Shown: piece by piece, positions 12,234-27,162 of the stretch
Position numbering within the stretch: the first letter of the stretch is position 1
Layout of the letters: every line of letters starts with the position of its first letter
Origin: Octopus sinensis
Taxonomy: Eukaryota
Length of the DNA: 64,000 nucleotides
Direction of reading: 5' to 3'
Assembly: GCF_006345805.1 (NCBI RefSeq)
Contig: NC_043002.1
Span: 97,340,001-97,404,000 of the forward strand
Made by a program: the position numbers and the translations under genes
Notes under the pieces: generated by a model
What the model saw: the letters and a program-made list of their open reading frames with translations, nothing else
Told to the model about the DNA's origin: nothing
Database searches by the model: none

Positions 12234-14008
12234 GGAAACTGAAAGAAGCCCATCGTGTATGTGTATATGTGGGTCCACGTGTATGCTTGTGCGTGTGTGT
12301 ATTTTTGTGTCTGTGTTTGTCCGGAAACTGAAAGAAGCCCATCGTGTATGTGTATATGTGGGTCCACGTGTATGCTTGTGCGTGTGTGTATTTTTGTGTC
12401 TGTGTTTGTCCGGAAACTGAAAGAAGCCCATCGTGTATGTGTATATGTGGGTCCACGTGTATGCTTGTGCGTGCGTGTATTTTTGTGTCTGTGTTGTCCG
12501 GAAACTGAAAGAAGCCCATCGTGTATGTGTATATGTGGGTCCACGTGTATGCTTGTGCGTGCGTGTATTTTTGTGTCTGTGTTGTCCGGAAACTGAAAGA
12601 AGCCCATCGTGTATGTGTATATGTGGGTCCACGTGTATGCTTGTGCGTGCGTGTATTTTTGTGTCTGTGTTGTCCGGAAACTGAAAGAAGCCCATCGTGT
12701 ATGTGTATATGTGGGTCCACGTGTATGCTTGTGCGTGTGTGTATTTTTGTGTCTGTGTTTGTCCGGAAACTGAAAGAAGCCCATCGTGTATGTGTATATG
12801 TGGGTCCACGTGTATGCTTGTGCGTGTGTGTATTTTTGTGTCTGTGTTTGTCCGGAAACTGAAAGAAGCCCATCGTGTATGTGTATATGTGGGTCCACGT
12901 GTATGCTTGTGCCTGTGTGTATTTTTGTGTCTGTGTTTGTCCGGAAACTGAAAGAAGCCCATCGTGTATGTGTATATGTGGGTCCACGTGTATGCTTGTG
13001 CGTGTGTGTGTATTTTTGTGTCTGTGTTTGTCCGGAAACTGAAAGAAGCCCATCGTGTATGTGTATATGTGGGTCCACGTGTATGCTTGTGCGTGTGTGT
13101 GTATTTTTGTGTCTGTGTTTGTCCGGAAACTGAAAGAAGCCCATCGTGTATGTGTATATGTGGGTCCACGTGTATGCTTGTGCGTGTGTGTGTATTTTTG
13201 TGTCTGTGTTTGTCCGGAAACTGAAAGAAGCCCATCGTGTATGTGTATATGTGGGTCCACGTGTATGCTTGTGCGTGTGTGTGTATTTTTGTGTCTGTGT
13301 TTGTCCGGAAACTGAAAGAAGCCCATCGTGTATGTGTATATGTGGGTCCACGTGTATGCTTGTGCGTGCGTGTATTTTTGTGTCTGTGTTTGTCCGGAAA
13401 CTGAAAGAAGCCCATCATGTATGTGTATATGTGGGTCCACGTGTATGCTTGTGCGTGTGTGTGTGTTTTTGTGTCTGGTTTGTCCGGAAACTGAAAGAAG
13501 CCCATCGTGTATGTGTATATGTGGGTCCACGTGTATGCTTGTGCGTGTGTGTGTATTTTTGTGTCTGTGTTTGTCCGGAAACTGAAAGAAGCCATCGTGT
13601 ATGTGTATATGTGGGTCCACGTGTATGCTTGTGCGTGTGTGTGTTGTTTTGTGTCTGTGTTTGTCCGGAAACTGAAAGAAGCCCATCGTGTATGTGTATA
13701 TGTGGGTCCACGTGTATGCTTGTGCGTGTGTGTGTATTTTTGTGTCTGTGTTTGTCCGGAAACTGAAAGAAGCCCATCGTGTATGTGTATATGTGGGTCC
13801 ACGTGTATGCTTGTGCCTGTGTGTATTTTTGTGTCTGTGTTTGTCGGAAACTGAAAGAGAAGAAGCCCATCGTGTATGTGTATATGTGGGTCCATGTGTA
13901 TGCTTGTGCCTGTGTGTATTTTTGGTTCTGTGTTTGTCGGAAAACTGAAAGAAGCCCATCGTGTATGTGTATATGTGGGTCCACGTGTATGCTTGTGTCT
14001 GTGTTTGT
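12234..14008 (+). repeat. ~20-copy 88-93-bp minisatellite expanded inside one family A SINE
   Basis: Unit GGAAACTGAAAGAAGCCCATCGTGTATGTGTATATGTGGGTCCACGTGTATGCTTGTGCG(TG)nTATTTTTGTGTCTGTGTTTGTCC; the SINE 5' part is at 12119-12233 and its 3' part at 14009-14152. Confidence 0.95.
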
Positions 14009-14339
14009 CTCCCACCAGCGTTTTATAACCGGTGTTGGTAGGTTTTATGTCCCCGTAAACTGGCGGTTCCGCAAAAGCGATTGGTAGGGTAAGCAACAGG
14101 CGTAAAAAAGTGGTTCAGTATGGTTGGGGCCTAATAACCGAAACGAGTAAAAGAAATGATACAAAATTCTATGTTTCACCTTTCATAATCAACCGAACGA
14201 GACAGGCACGGAATTTTGTCTGTGAACAGATCACGGTCTCAAAGCGACGAAAATATCTTCGCAAATTAAGTGAAACTAACGGTTTTCGTGTGTTTTAAAT
14301 GGCTTATAAACACCTTCCATGCTGCAATTGTTGATATAT

Positions 14340-14371
<32 letters not shown>

Positions 14372-14372
14372 G

Positions 14373-14433
<61 letters not shown>

Positions 14434-14485
14434 TAATAAGGCCAAGGCAGTGTGATATTTCTAGGACATTATAAAGTGAAAGGTT

Positions 14486-14533
14486 ATCTTACAGCTGTTT
14501 CAGAGGTATAAAATATATTCCATCATCGGAGAC
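14486..14533 (-). ncRNA. Type I hammerhead-like motif, CCGAUGA core variant
   Basis: GTCT-CCGATGA-TGGAATATATTTTATACCTCT-GAAA-CAGCTG-TA-AGAT; palindromic stem III. Confidence 0.6.
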
Positions 14534-14817
14534 GATATGAGAGAGTTTCAGTATAAGGAAATAGTAGAGTTCATTATATACGAAGTTATTTTGGAAAGGG
14601 AGAGATACAGGAAGTATAAAGGGAAATATGAGAACAAAGATATTACACATTCTTGGCCTTGTTATCTCACTTTATTTAACATATACATGCTCACACACGA
14701 CTCGCATTAGATTCCTCTCTCATATTATTACTGAACCGGGAGCCTTACAGCAGTCCTTCCTGTGCACATACATAGCCTTACCTGCCTTTTACAGCTTCTG
14801 GGTGCCAAAAGCTTTGA

Positions 14818-14892
<75 letters not shown>

Positions 14893-14953
14893 GTGCGTGT
14901 GTGTGTTAACATGTACCTCCTTGCGATAATGTAAACTTTCATTTAATCAAGAC

Positions 14954-15048
14954 ATCCTTGGCCTGAAGAGTAGTCGGCGGGATACACCTCGTTTGGATAC
15001 TTACCAATTCCGAGGTTCCGATCGCTATGAAACATATGTTACACGGAT
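14954..15048 (+). ncRNA. Hammerhead-like motif with a long stem II
   Basis: CTGAAGA (14963); stem II TAG/CTA, TCGG/CCGA, ACCTCG/CGAGGT, TTGG/CCAA; GAAA (15029); palindromic CATATG; TT; degenerate stem I ATCC/GGAT. Confidence 0.55.
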
Positions 15049-15108
15049 CTTATGAACTCTATACCTTAACTCTTGTATGTGTGTATATATGTATATGTAT
15101 AATATTTG

Positions 15109-15139
<31 letters not shown>

Positions 15140-15749
15140 TATATAATATATATATATATAATATATATATATATAAATCTATATATATATATATATATTT
15201 ATATACATATATACATATATTAAATTAGAGATAAAACCACTATTAGGCAAATCAAACAGTGAAAAACATAAACCAATAAATAGAATTAAAATTAATTAAT
15301 ACAATATACAAAATATATAAAATATAAAATTCAAAATTTAAATTATTTAAATTTAAATTTAAAGTTAAAATTTTAAAAATTAAAAAATTTAAAATATATA
15401 TATATATATATATATATAAACACACGCTTTTAAATAAAGAATATAATATTTATGCGAAACGGATTGTATTAGATAAGCAGTGAGAAATTTAATGTAAAGA
15501 ATAATATTTTAAGTCTTTCATTGAGGAACTTTAAACATTGCATGTGCGTGAGTTGATGTGTGTGTATTTGAACTTACAGGCGAGAAGTAAAAGTAATCTA
15601 TACATGAGTAAGACTATTTTGGGAGCCCAGAAGCAGAGAAGAAGCCCTCAGCGCTTCATACCCTTAATCACAAACAGCGCAAGTTACAGCATCCAAAATT
15701 TATTCTATCTGTCGGCTCTCATTATCAAGGAAAAGTTCTTTTAACAAAA

Positions 15750-16120
15750 GCACATACTCAACATAATTTGGACCGCATCCAAACGTCTGGCGTCTCTCTC
15801 CAATATTCAAGTAATATTTCATCCTTTAACTATTATTGATATTCCATAAAACTTGGACAAAACCTACAACAGAATCTTGCGCTGAAATCTAGGACGAAAC
15901 AACTGCTACAAACATTGTCATACTAGACTACATCCAGAAATGAGTCATCCAGCTGTCTAGTACAAAACCACTCAGGCACACTCCGACAAATATATCACAG
16001 TCTTATCTCTCTGCCTTTTCTCTCGCTACTGCAATGGTTTCTGCTGCAAGGATCTGGATGGGGTCATGACACTCTCATTTGAGCATACCCATCTCACATC
16101 TCTATCTTATTCTCAACATC
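15750..16120 (+). mobile_element. Decayed CR1/Jockey-like LINE 3' fragment
   Basis: Remnant peptide ...TATNIVILDYIQK*VIQL...RYCNGFCC resembles the LD.IQ.KA.RL...FYRY..G.C C-terminus; many disablements. Confidence 0.4.
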
Positions 16121-17199
16121 CTTGTTAAGCCCAGCTCAACCCTCAAGTGGAGCACACGTCATTATGTCAAGTTCTTCCTCTGCTAAAGGTCGGCCTGCTG
16201 GAATTTCGTCCATGGTCATATTATTCTGGCAGGTTTGCACTTTTAAAATTTTAAGAGAAGCGTTAATGAATCCGTCTCGGCTGTCTAGAAGGTATTGCAA
16301 GCGATATGGATCCAGACCCACCCACCAATTCAATACGTAAGGAATGATATGCGTTCTTAATTTCAAGCTGAGATTTAATTTGGTCGTTAATGCGGATTTC
16401 GTACAAACACTTCTCAATTATTATTATTATTATTATTATTATGAGCAGAAGACAGGTATGGTTGTCAATACTTTATAGAACATACACGCGTTTCAACAAA
16501 CGGCCGTAGTTATTACATAATATTTATAGATACGTTGATGAGGTAAAGTTTTCCGTTCATTGCTATTATTATTTCGATTATTTGGTTCGTAATTTGCACA
16601 CTAGCCTATACCGTGGTTGATTACCCGCATTGTATTACACTGGATACAGTAGTGGAATGTGGAATCCACTACTGAGCTCGAACTTTCGTTATGTGTCGCA
16701 CTACACAGTGCCTTTTTCATAGATACATAGGCAGATAGGTGGGTAGATAGATATATACACTCATACATACATACATACATACATACATACATACATACAC
16801 ACACACATACATAAAAGGAGTATGGACACTGTATTGTAAAGGTTTAGGCTTCAAGGACCCACAATATTTCAACATTCTGCCATATAACCTTAGGTATCTG
16901 TGAGATTAGATGTGGATGCCTCCAAAGAAATTTTTATCTGAGATACCAGATGAATCCACATCCCGGTAAGAAATATTGAGTAACTCCGTCCAAGTCGCTA
17001 CTTCACCAGTAACATTTCCAGAAAGATAGCTGGAAAGTCATTAAAAGTATTCATTTACATATGTACATATGCATATATATTATACCAATGTATTCATATA
17101 TGTATATGTGTATGTAGGTTTGTGTGTGTGTGTGTACACACACACTGGGTAGTTTCTTTTCCTCCATCCTCCTTTTCTCTTGGACTTTTCTCTGTCTCC

Positions 17200-17236
17200 T
17201 GTTTCTGAAGAAGAGCTTTGCTCGAAACGTAAAACA
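17200..17236 (+). ncRNA. Minimal PLE-type hammerhead ribozyme
   Basis: TGTTT-CTGAAGA-A-GAGC-TTT-GCTC-GAAA-CG-TA-AAACA; intact core and 5-bp stem I, lying in a ~250-bp pLTR-like segment (17145-17345). Confidence 0.8.
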
Positions 17237-17376
17237 CCTTTCTTTCCTTCCCTGAGCGTTTTATTAATACTCTGCATACACCGGGTCCTCACGTTGTCTA
17301 TTTTCTGTTTTTTATCTCCGTTTCTTTTGTGGTGGGGATTAGTTTTATATATATATAATATATATATATATATATA

Positions 17377-17438
17377 ACATTTTATAAAGGGCTTTGTAAA
17401 ATAAATTAATTTATTTTACTAAGCCCTTTATAAAATGT
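17377..17438. repeat. Near-perfect palindrome with 30-bp arms next to (TA)n
   Basis: ACATTTTATAAAGGGCTTTGTAAAATAAAT / ATTTATTTTACTAAGCCCTTTATAAAATGT. Confidence 0.9.
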
Positions 17439-17766
17439 AATATTTTGAATTCGCCTTAAATGGTCCCTTTACATACTGAATACTTGGTGAAATTGATTAA
17501 TAATTAATTAATTTACCCTCAATTGTTGAAGTATATTATATATATATAATATATATATATAATGCTACTTTTCTTTCGCTTGTTCTCTGATATGTGTGTG
17601 TGTGCGTGTGTGTAAATATATATATATATATATATATAATATATATGTATGTATGTATGTATGTATACACACACATGTTTATAAATATATATATATATAT
17701 ATCTATATATGTATATATATATATATATATATAATATAATATATATATATATATATTATATATATA

Positions 17767-18174
17767 CTCTTTTACACTTTTACTTGTTTCAGTTATATGA
17801 CTGTGGCCATGCTGGAGCATCGCCTTTAGTCGAGCAAATCGACGCCAGGACTTATTCTTTGTAAGCCCAGTACTTTTTCTATCCGTCTCTTTTACCGAAC
17901 CGCTAAGTTACGGAGACGTAAACACACCAGCATCGGTTGTCAAGCGATGCTGGGGGTGGACAAACACAGACACATAAACATATACACACACATACTTATA
18001 CATATATACGACGGGCGCCTTCTTTCAATTTCCGTCTACCAAATCCACTCACAAGGCTTTGGTCAGTCCGAGGCTATAGTAGAAGACACTTGTCCAAGAT
18101 GTCATGCGGTGGGTCTGAACCCGGAACCGTGTGGTTCGTAAGCAAGCTAGTTACCACACAGAGACTCCTACGCT
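17767..18174 (-). mobile_element. SINE family A, near full length
   Basis: Reverse complement of the 9886-10230 type, including head and GAAACAAGTAAAAG tail. Confidence 0.88.
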
Positions 18175-18707
18175 TATATATGTATAAGCGAATGAGAGAT
18201 GACAAAAATATGATTATCTTTTGAACTTCATAAAATAATCATTTACTCTTCATAATTTCCTAAGTTGATCGTTTAATCCTTAGTCATCTGTCTTTCTTTT
18301 TACCGCTCTACATTCACTAAACGCCGGGTTATTGGTCTCGCGATGCCTAAGCGAAATATACGAGGTGGGGATTACATGTATTAAGTTTTACACTTGTTTA
18401 AGTGTAACTATCTATCTACCTAGCAATCTATCTATTTCACCCCCACTTTTTTTTGCACGATCACTTTTGATCGGAATTCGCCCCTACCTTTCCTTTTTTT
18501 TTCTTTTTTTGTTCTCCTTCTCTTCTTCCCAAAAAGAAAAGCTCTACTTTGTATTTTGTCCCTTCTGTGTTTAGCCCTGCGTGGCCAATAAAGAAATCTA
18601 TCTATCTGCCTGTTTACTTATCTATCTCTCTAGCTAGCTATCCAACTATATATCCATTTACCTATCTATCTATCTATATTTATCTATCTATCTATCTATC
18701 TATCTAC

Positions 18708-18766
<59 letters not shown>

Positions 18767-18837
18767 CCTATCATACTGGGTTGCTGCCTGGAAAAGACTT
18801 ATTCGAGCTAATCGTCTGCAGTAATTACCTTTATTCT

Positions 18838-18888
<51 letters not shown>

Positions 18889-18997
18889 AGCTAACAAGGA
18901 CGTAAACAAACCAACACCTGTTGTCAATGAGGGAGGGATCGAACACACACAGAGGCACACTCAAACACACACACACGCGCATATATATATACACACA

Positions 18998-19050
<53 letters not shown>

Positions 19051-20174
19051 TAGCTTTAACTTGTTTCAGCCATAACACTGCGCCCATGCTGGGGTACCGC
19101 CTTGAACAAATTTTATTGGAATGAATAGACCACTGTACACTTTCTTTCCTTCTCAGTCGCTTTTTGGCCAACATCTATGTTTCTGGGATATAAACACACC
19201 AACACCGGTTGCCAAGTGGGAGTGAAGCCGGAGCGATGTGGTTGAGAAACAAACTTTTTTTAAACTACAGCCAAACATTTACGCATATACATATATATAA
19301 ATATCTCTCTCTCTCTCTCTCTATTATATATATATATATATATATATACATACACACACATTCATACATACATACATACATACATTGGTAGATAGATAGA
19401 TAGACAGATTAATCTATGCATTAATATAGTATTGAGTCCTTTCTTACATGCGAAAATGCTTTTCTTCTATCCCACGTAATTAATAAACACAGAAATAGCA
19501 AAAAGAATCTAACAAAAGTTTGTTTTTTTTAAATACCAGAGAAATGTGATTAACACCGTTTGTCACAATTCTCTTCGTATCATTCACGCATTTACACTCT
19601 TTCGCCCCCTCAGCCTCCCTCTTTCTCCATCCTCGACTATCTCTTACGCTCTCTCTCTCACTCTCACTCTCTCTCTCTCTCTTTCTCTCTATCCCATTTT
19701 CTCTCTCTCTCTCTCTCCTCTTCCACACTACCTAAATTTTGTCCAAATTGTGGTCTCGTGTTTCGAAAGCCTTTAAGCGTCAAAGAAACAGTTTATTACA
19801 TAGGGTTGTGCGTGTGTGTATTTGTGAGTGCGTGCGTGTACATGTGTGAATGTATGATCGTGTGTACGTGTGTGTGTGAGGCATAAGTGTGTATGTGTGT
19901 GTGTGTGTGTGTGTGTGTTTAAACTCCAAACGTGTGGGAGAAGCTAATGTGTTTATGGTTTAGTTTGAGAGACTTATTTATGCTATTACTCAAACTTTCA
20001 CGTAGATTGTGTGTGTGTGCGTGTGTAAGTGTGTGTGTGTGTGTGTGTTGTGCAAATGCGAGCGTGTTCGAGAAGGTGCGTATATTTATCTATGGTGTCC
20101 TTGTCGTTCACTCTTTCTCTCTTTCTATCTCGTATTCTTTCTTTTTCTTTCTTCGCTCTCTCTCTTTTCCTCTT

Positions 20175-20214
<40 letters not shown>

Positions 20215-20403
20215 TATACTTATATATAGAAATAAAGAGTACACGATCATATAAAGTGAGACAGATAGATAGATACACAGACAGACAAATAGATAGACAG
20301 ATAGATAGAGAGAGAGAGAGAGAGATGGATTGATGGATGGATGGGACATACGGACAGACAGACACAGACAGACAGACGTAGATAGACAGATAGATAGACA
20401 AAC

Positions 20404-20483
<80 letters not shown>

Positions 20484-20977
20484 TCATTTTAACCGCAAGA
20501 ACATGAGCAGAAAAGGTTAATTCAAAATAAAGTTGTAGTTAACCTTTTCGATCACAAGACGTGTATACAAATGCATCTGTATATAATATACAATGCATAC
20601 ACACACATTTCGCGCGCGTGCGAGTGTGTATAAAGACATATTTGAGTCACATACATGTGGTGTGTATATGTTAGCGCCTTTGTCTCAAGGTGTGCGCATA
20701 ATTGTTCGTTTATTACATGCGCGACAATTGCACTTTACGAATCATTCATTGATAACTCTTTGTTCATGTATACTTATATATATACGTATTGCATATCTTT
20801 TATCATATATATATATATATACGCTTACTTGCAGATAGATATATCAATACAAATTGCATACACACACACACACACCACACACAGTCAGTGCTTGCATGTT
20901 TCTGTGTACTTTGCTTTGTTTTTTCCGTGTTCTACGATGCGTATTTCTATACACATTATTTGCGTGCTTACAAAATA

Positions 20978-21008
<31 letters not shown>

Positions 21009-21044
21009 TATATATTAGAGAGAGAGAGAAGAGAGAGATAGGCT

Positions 21045-21078
<34 letters not shown>

Positions 21079-21226
21079 GATGATAGATAGATAGATAGAT
21101 AGCGAGAGAGAGAGAGCGAGAGACAGACAGACAGACAGATAGACAGACAGATAGATAGATTGATAGATAGACAGACAGATAGATAGATAGATGGATAGAT
21201 AGATGGATAGATACATACTACATACA

Positions 21227-21258
<32 letters not shown>

Positions 21259-21425
21259 CAGCCAGTTAGATGGATAGATAAGTAGATAGCGAGAGAGTGA
21301 GATATATAGGCAGATAAATATATACATATATATATATAGATTTATATATATATAGATAGATAGATAGACAGATAGATAGGTAGATAGATAGATAGACAGA
21401 CAGAGAGACAAACAGACAGACAGAC

Positions 21426-21528
<103 letters not shown>

Positions 21529-21877
21529 ATCCGTATTAATTTTCGTGGGTGGTCGATTACATCTCAACTGGTACTTATTTCATCAAGACCGAAAGAATGA
21601 CAGACAAAACCGACCTCGCTGGAATTTGAACCCAGAACGTAAAGATGACAAAATGAGGATATAATAATGATAATTTCAGGTTTTAACCCCCCAAATCTGC
21701 CCTATCAAGTTCACTGATAGATGAAATAACTGCAAATTGGTGTACTAAAAGGCCTTACTCCATTTTCATGTTTATAATTATATATATACCTATATACGCA
21801 TGTGAGCGTGTTTCTATGTATATATATATATATATATGTGAGTAAAGGTAGATAGATAGATAGATAGATATATAGAT

Positions 21878-22070
21878 AAGTTTCTTTATTGGCCACACAG
21901 GGCTGCACACAGATGGGACAAGTTACAAGGTAGAGCTTTTCTTTTGGGGGATGAAGAGAACAAAAAAACAAAAAAAAAAAAAAAAGGGGGGTGGCGTAGG
22001 TTTTCGATCAAGAGGGATCGTAAAAGGGAAAGAAAAAGAAAGATAGAGAAAAGAACAAAAAAAAAAAAAA
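21878..22070 (-). mobile_element. Short interspersed retro-fragment (second copy at 18430-18598 on +)
   Basis: Both loci share AAAAGAAAAGCTCTAC.TTGTA.TTGTCCC.TCTGTGT..AGCCCTG.GTGGCCAATAAAGAAA and end in (CTAT)n. Confidence 0.7.
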
Positions 22071-22074
22071 TGAT

Positions 22075-22111
<37 letters not shown>

Positions 22112-22801
22112 CAGAGGCCTGCGTGTTTTTATTTCATTCAAAAGAGACATGGATACTATTTTGAAATTTTGGCTCAGGGCCAGCAATGTTGTAGGAGTTC
22201 ATAAGTCGATTACATCGACCCCTGTTCCTCTCATGTTATTTATTTCATCGGCCCCCGAAGGAATGAGAGGCAAAGTCGAGCTCCTTGAAATTTGAAATCA
22301 GAACATAAAAGACAGACGAAATGCCGCTAAGTATTTGGCCCAGCGTGGTAACGATTTGGCCAGTTCACCGCCCTAACATATACACACTGACATTGAGAGA
22401 CTCAAACGCACATACATGAAATCGTAGCTAAATACACACACAAACACACATATGCACACACGCATGCATGTATACATGTATACAAATATTTGCACGTGAG
22501 TGCGTGTAAGTAAGTATATGTGTGAATGTACACGTGTGTTAATGTATGTATATGTGGTGGTGTATGTGTGCGTGTATGAGTACCCGTCAATGTCAATGTT
22601 TATATTTACACACGTCCTAAAACTGTTGCCACTTACTTTTTGAGTGTTTATATCCCGGAACTTCGTTGATCGTCAAACAGACACTGATAAAATATATACC
22701 AAAATATAATGCACGCTGGAGAGGTGGGGGGAAGGGTGTATCATCGACTTAATGCGATGCCCCAGCATGGCCTAAGACTGATGCCTGAAATCTGTGAAAT
22801 A

Positions 22802-22870
<69 letters not shown>

Positions 22871-23156
22871 CAGATAGATGAGATAGATAAGATAGAGATA
22901 TAGATAGAAAGACAGATACACAGAAAGAGAGAGAGAGAGAGAGGGAGAGAGATAATCGAGAGAGCGCCACATACACAAACACACTTCAAAATATATTTGA
23001 TTCTTTTTTTTAATCGTTCATACGTATATATGTTTGCGTGTGCATGTATATATAAGCTGGTGAGGGTGGGCGCGTGTATGTAAATGTGTGTATATATGTA
23101 TTATATATATATTATGTGTGAAAGGATGGATGAATAGGTATGTGGATTGGTGAATG

Positions 23157-23295
<139 letters not shown>

Positions 23296-23751
23296 GATAG
23301 ATAGATAGATGAGAGAGGGTGGAAAGAGAGATAGAAAGACAAATGCACATGTGTTTAAACACTGATATGCATCGATAGAAACATATAGCACACACACACC
23401 CACAAACACCCAAATACAAAAATACATACATCCATACATTATAAATAAATTATATAAGTATATATATATAATATGTATATATATTATATTTATATTATAT
23501 TTTATATATATATATACACACATTGATATTATATATATATATATAATATATATAATATATATATAATATATATAATTTTAATCCAAACGGGGAAAACAAA
23601 AAAACAAAAACACATGGAACAATTACAGTATTATTATTAATAGGCGCTCAGGAAATGGAACGATATATATATATATATATATATCAAATAATACTTTAAT
23701 TATTCCACGTCCTCGCGTTGGTGTGTTTTTTTTCGTGTTTCTTGTTTGGAT

Positions 23752-23793
<42 letters not shown>

Positions 23794-24365
23794 CATATAT
23801 ATATATATATATGTGTGTGGTTGTGTGTGTGTGTGTAATCTGAGCCACGTGTATTTGAACAGAACGACGGAGAGTATATGTGTAATAACAATATAATAAT
23901 GAATGGGGGATATAAAACAAAATATATATATATATAATAATATATATATAATAGATATATGATTTGTGTCCACCAACATGCTGGGATCCTTAGTTGTGAT
24001 TCTAAACTGTGTGTGAAGTCTACGAGATCTTTCCACTGCAACACACGCCACGGTTAGCATTCAATTTAATTCCAAATTCTTGCTCTGCTTTCAACCGATG
24101 GGAGCATGTTACAAAGTCCTCTTCAAGCATTAGCTTATGCATACATACATACATGTGGTAGCATACATTAGTATCCTACCTCTTCCCCTTCGCTGCACTG
24201 CCTCCCCCAATTGTTGTGGCTGCGAAATACATACACATAATAACACACACACACATATACACACACACATATATATATATACACACACGTTTTTACACGA
24301 ACACGCACGCCCTCGCACACACGCAAAGTGTATGCTGCGCATATATACGTGCGTGTGTATATATA

Positions 24366-24416
<51 letters not shown>

Positions 24417-25043
24417 ATTTATGCGTGCATATTACAATGCGTATACATATATGTGTGTGTATGTGTGTATGTACACATGAGCGCGTGCGCACACACGTAC
24501 TCTCGCGCGCGCGCACGTATACGCACGCACAAACACGCACACATGAAAACACGCAATACACATAAACACACACGCACACACATACACACACACTCAGCTA
24601 TACAGATTATTAATTACTTATATATAAGGCAAAAAGAAAGAGAGAGAGAGAGAGAGAAAGAACGGAAATAAAAGGAGAAGACGAAGAGGAAAGGAAGGAG
24701 AGAGAAAAGGAGATGAAAGAGGAAAACAGAAAGAGAGAAGAAGAAGGAGGAGAAGAAGCGAGAGAAGCGGTAAGAGTCGTAGGAAGAGTGGTGGTATGAG
24801 AAATAATGTGACAGTGTGAGAGAGGAAGAAAAGTAAAGGTGTGAGAGAGGGAGTGGGTAAAGAAGTGGAAGGTAGAGGGAGTAACTAACTTAATGAATGA
24901 CAGAGAGAAGGAGAGAGTGAGAGATAGAGCGAGCATATATTTAGAGGTTCGTATGCGGAGTTTACAAATATCTGAATTAATATACCAGTAGCTTCTCTTA
25001 AATTTCTCAATCACCGTTCTGTATAGTATGACGGACTACTACC

Positions 25044-25106
<63 letters not shown>

Positions 25107-25222
25107 GTATGTATGAATGTATGTATATTTATAATATATAGATATATTTGTTGTGTGTATATATGTACATGTATTAAATATCATATATATATATCTATAT
25201 ATGATATAGTACACATATATAA

Positions 25223-25253
<31 letters not shown>

Positions 25254-25258
25254 GTGTG

Positions 25259-25336
<78 letters not shown>

Positions 25337-25383
25337 TATATTATATAATATATAGATATAGATAGTATTATATATATATATAT

Positions 25384-25419
<36 letters not shown>

Positions 25420-25455
25420 GATATATATATATATATACATACTATATATATGATA

Positions 25456-25514
<59 letters not shown>

Positions 25515-25548
25515 ATATATTTATACATATATTTGTATGTATATATGT

Positions 25549-25712
25549 GCGCAATGGCCTAGTGGTTAGGGCAGCGGACTTGTGGTCGGAGGATCGCGGT
25601 TTCGATTCCCAGACCGGGCGTTGTGTGTGTTTATTGAGCGAAAAAAACACCTAAAAGCTCCACGAGGCTCCGGCAGGAGATGGTGGTGATCCCTGCTGTA
25701 CTCTTTCACCAC
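25549..25712 (+). mobile_element. tRNA-derived SINE family C, 5' part fused to a family A tail
   Basis: TGGCCTAGTGGTTAGGGCAGCGGAC...GGTTTCGATTCCCAGACCGGG matches 58008-58170. Confidence 0.85.
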
Positions 25713-25918
25713 TCTAAAGGCGGTGCTCCAGCATGGCCGCAGTCAAATGACTGAAACAAGTACAAAAAAAAAAAAAATATATATATATATAATATATGTA
25801 TATATGTACATATATATAAAATAAATATATGTATATATATATATGTGTATATATTATAAATATAAATATATATATTTGTGTATATATATACAAATATAAA
25901 TATATATATGTTTATATA

Positions 25919-25956
<38 letters not shown>

Positions 25957-25959
25957 TTA

Positions 25960-26315
25960 TTCAGTCATTTGTTTTAAGTCATTTGGCTACGGCCATGCTG
26001 GGGCACCACCTTGAAGTATTTTAATCGAATAAATCGACACCAATACTTTTGTTTTGTTTTTTTTATAGCACAGTGCTTACTCTATCGGTGTCTTTTGCCG
26101 AACAGTTACGTTTCGGGGACGTAAACGCACCAAAACTGGTCGTCAAGTGGTGGGGGAGGGGACAAACACACACACACATACCTATATAGATATATATACG
26201 ACGGGCTTCTTTAAGTTTCCGTCTACCAATCCACTCACATGGCTTTGGTAGTAGAAGATATCTGCCCAAGATGCCACGCAGTGGGACTGAACCCCGAACC
26301 ACGTGATTGTAAAAC
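25960..26315 (-). mobile_element. SINE family A
   Basis: Reverse-complement match to the family A body (GTGGGACTGAACCC, GGGCTTCTT..AGTTTCCGTCTACC). Confidence 0.8.
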
Positions 26316-26546
26316 AAGCACACAGACACAAATGTATCTGTTTGTGTGTGTGTGTGTGTGTTGTGTGTGTGTGTGTGTGTGCGTGTGTGTGTGTGCGAGT
26401 GCTTACATACATACGCCATTTATGAATATGTATGTATCTATATATGTATGTATGGTGTGTATGTATGTTTACGATGTGCCTCTACACACTTTCCGTTTAA
26501 CAAATTCATTCACAAGGCAAGCCATACACATACCTTTATGTGTGTG

Positions 26547-26584
<38 letters not shown>

Positions 26585-26673
26585 TGTATATATATATATG
26601 GATATTTGATATATACGTAAATATATATATATACTTACATATATATTACACACACAAATATATATCTACTGCA

Positions 26674-27128
26674 TCATGTATGTAGTATGCATGTATGTAT
26701 GTATGTATGTATGATATGTATGTATGCATGTATGTATGTATGTATGTATGCATGTATGTATGTATGTATGCATGTATGCATGTATGTATGTATGTATGTA
26801 TGTATGTATGCATGTATGTATGTATGTATGTATTATGTATGTAAGTATATGTTGCATGTATGTATGTATGCATTTATGTACGTAGTATGCATGTATGCAT
26901 GTATGTATGTATGTATGTATGTATGTATGTATGTATGCATGTATGCATGTATGTATGTATGTAGTATGTAGTATGTATGTATGTATGAATGTATGTATGT
27001 TATGCATGTATGTATGTATGCATGTATGTATGTATGTATGTATGTATGTATGTATGCATGTATGTATGTATGTATGTATGTATGTATGTATGTATGAATG
27101 TACGTATGTATGTATGTATGTATGTATG

Positions 27129-27162
<34 letters not shown>

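Noticed and set aside
12116-14096. Long ORFs of 411-631 aa
   Set aside because: Translations of the 89-bp SINE-derived tandem repeat; all frames give the same cycling peptide.
16136-16417. 93-aa non-repetitive ORF
   Set aside because: Non-ATG start, no recognisable motif, and it lies between decayed repeat fragments.
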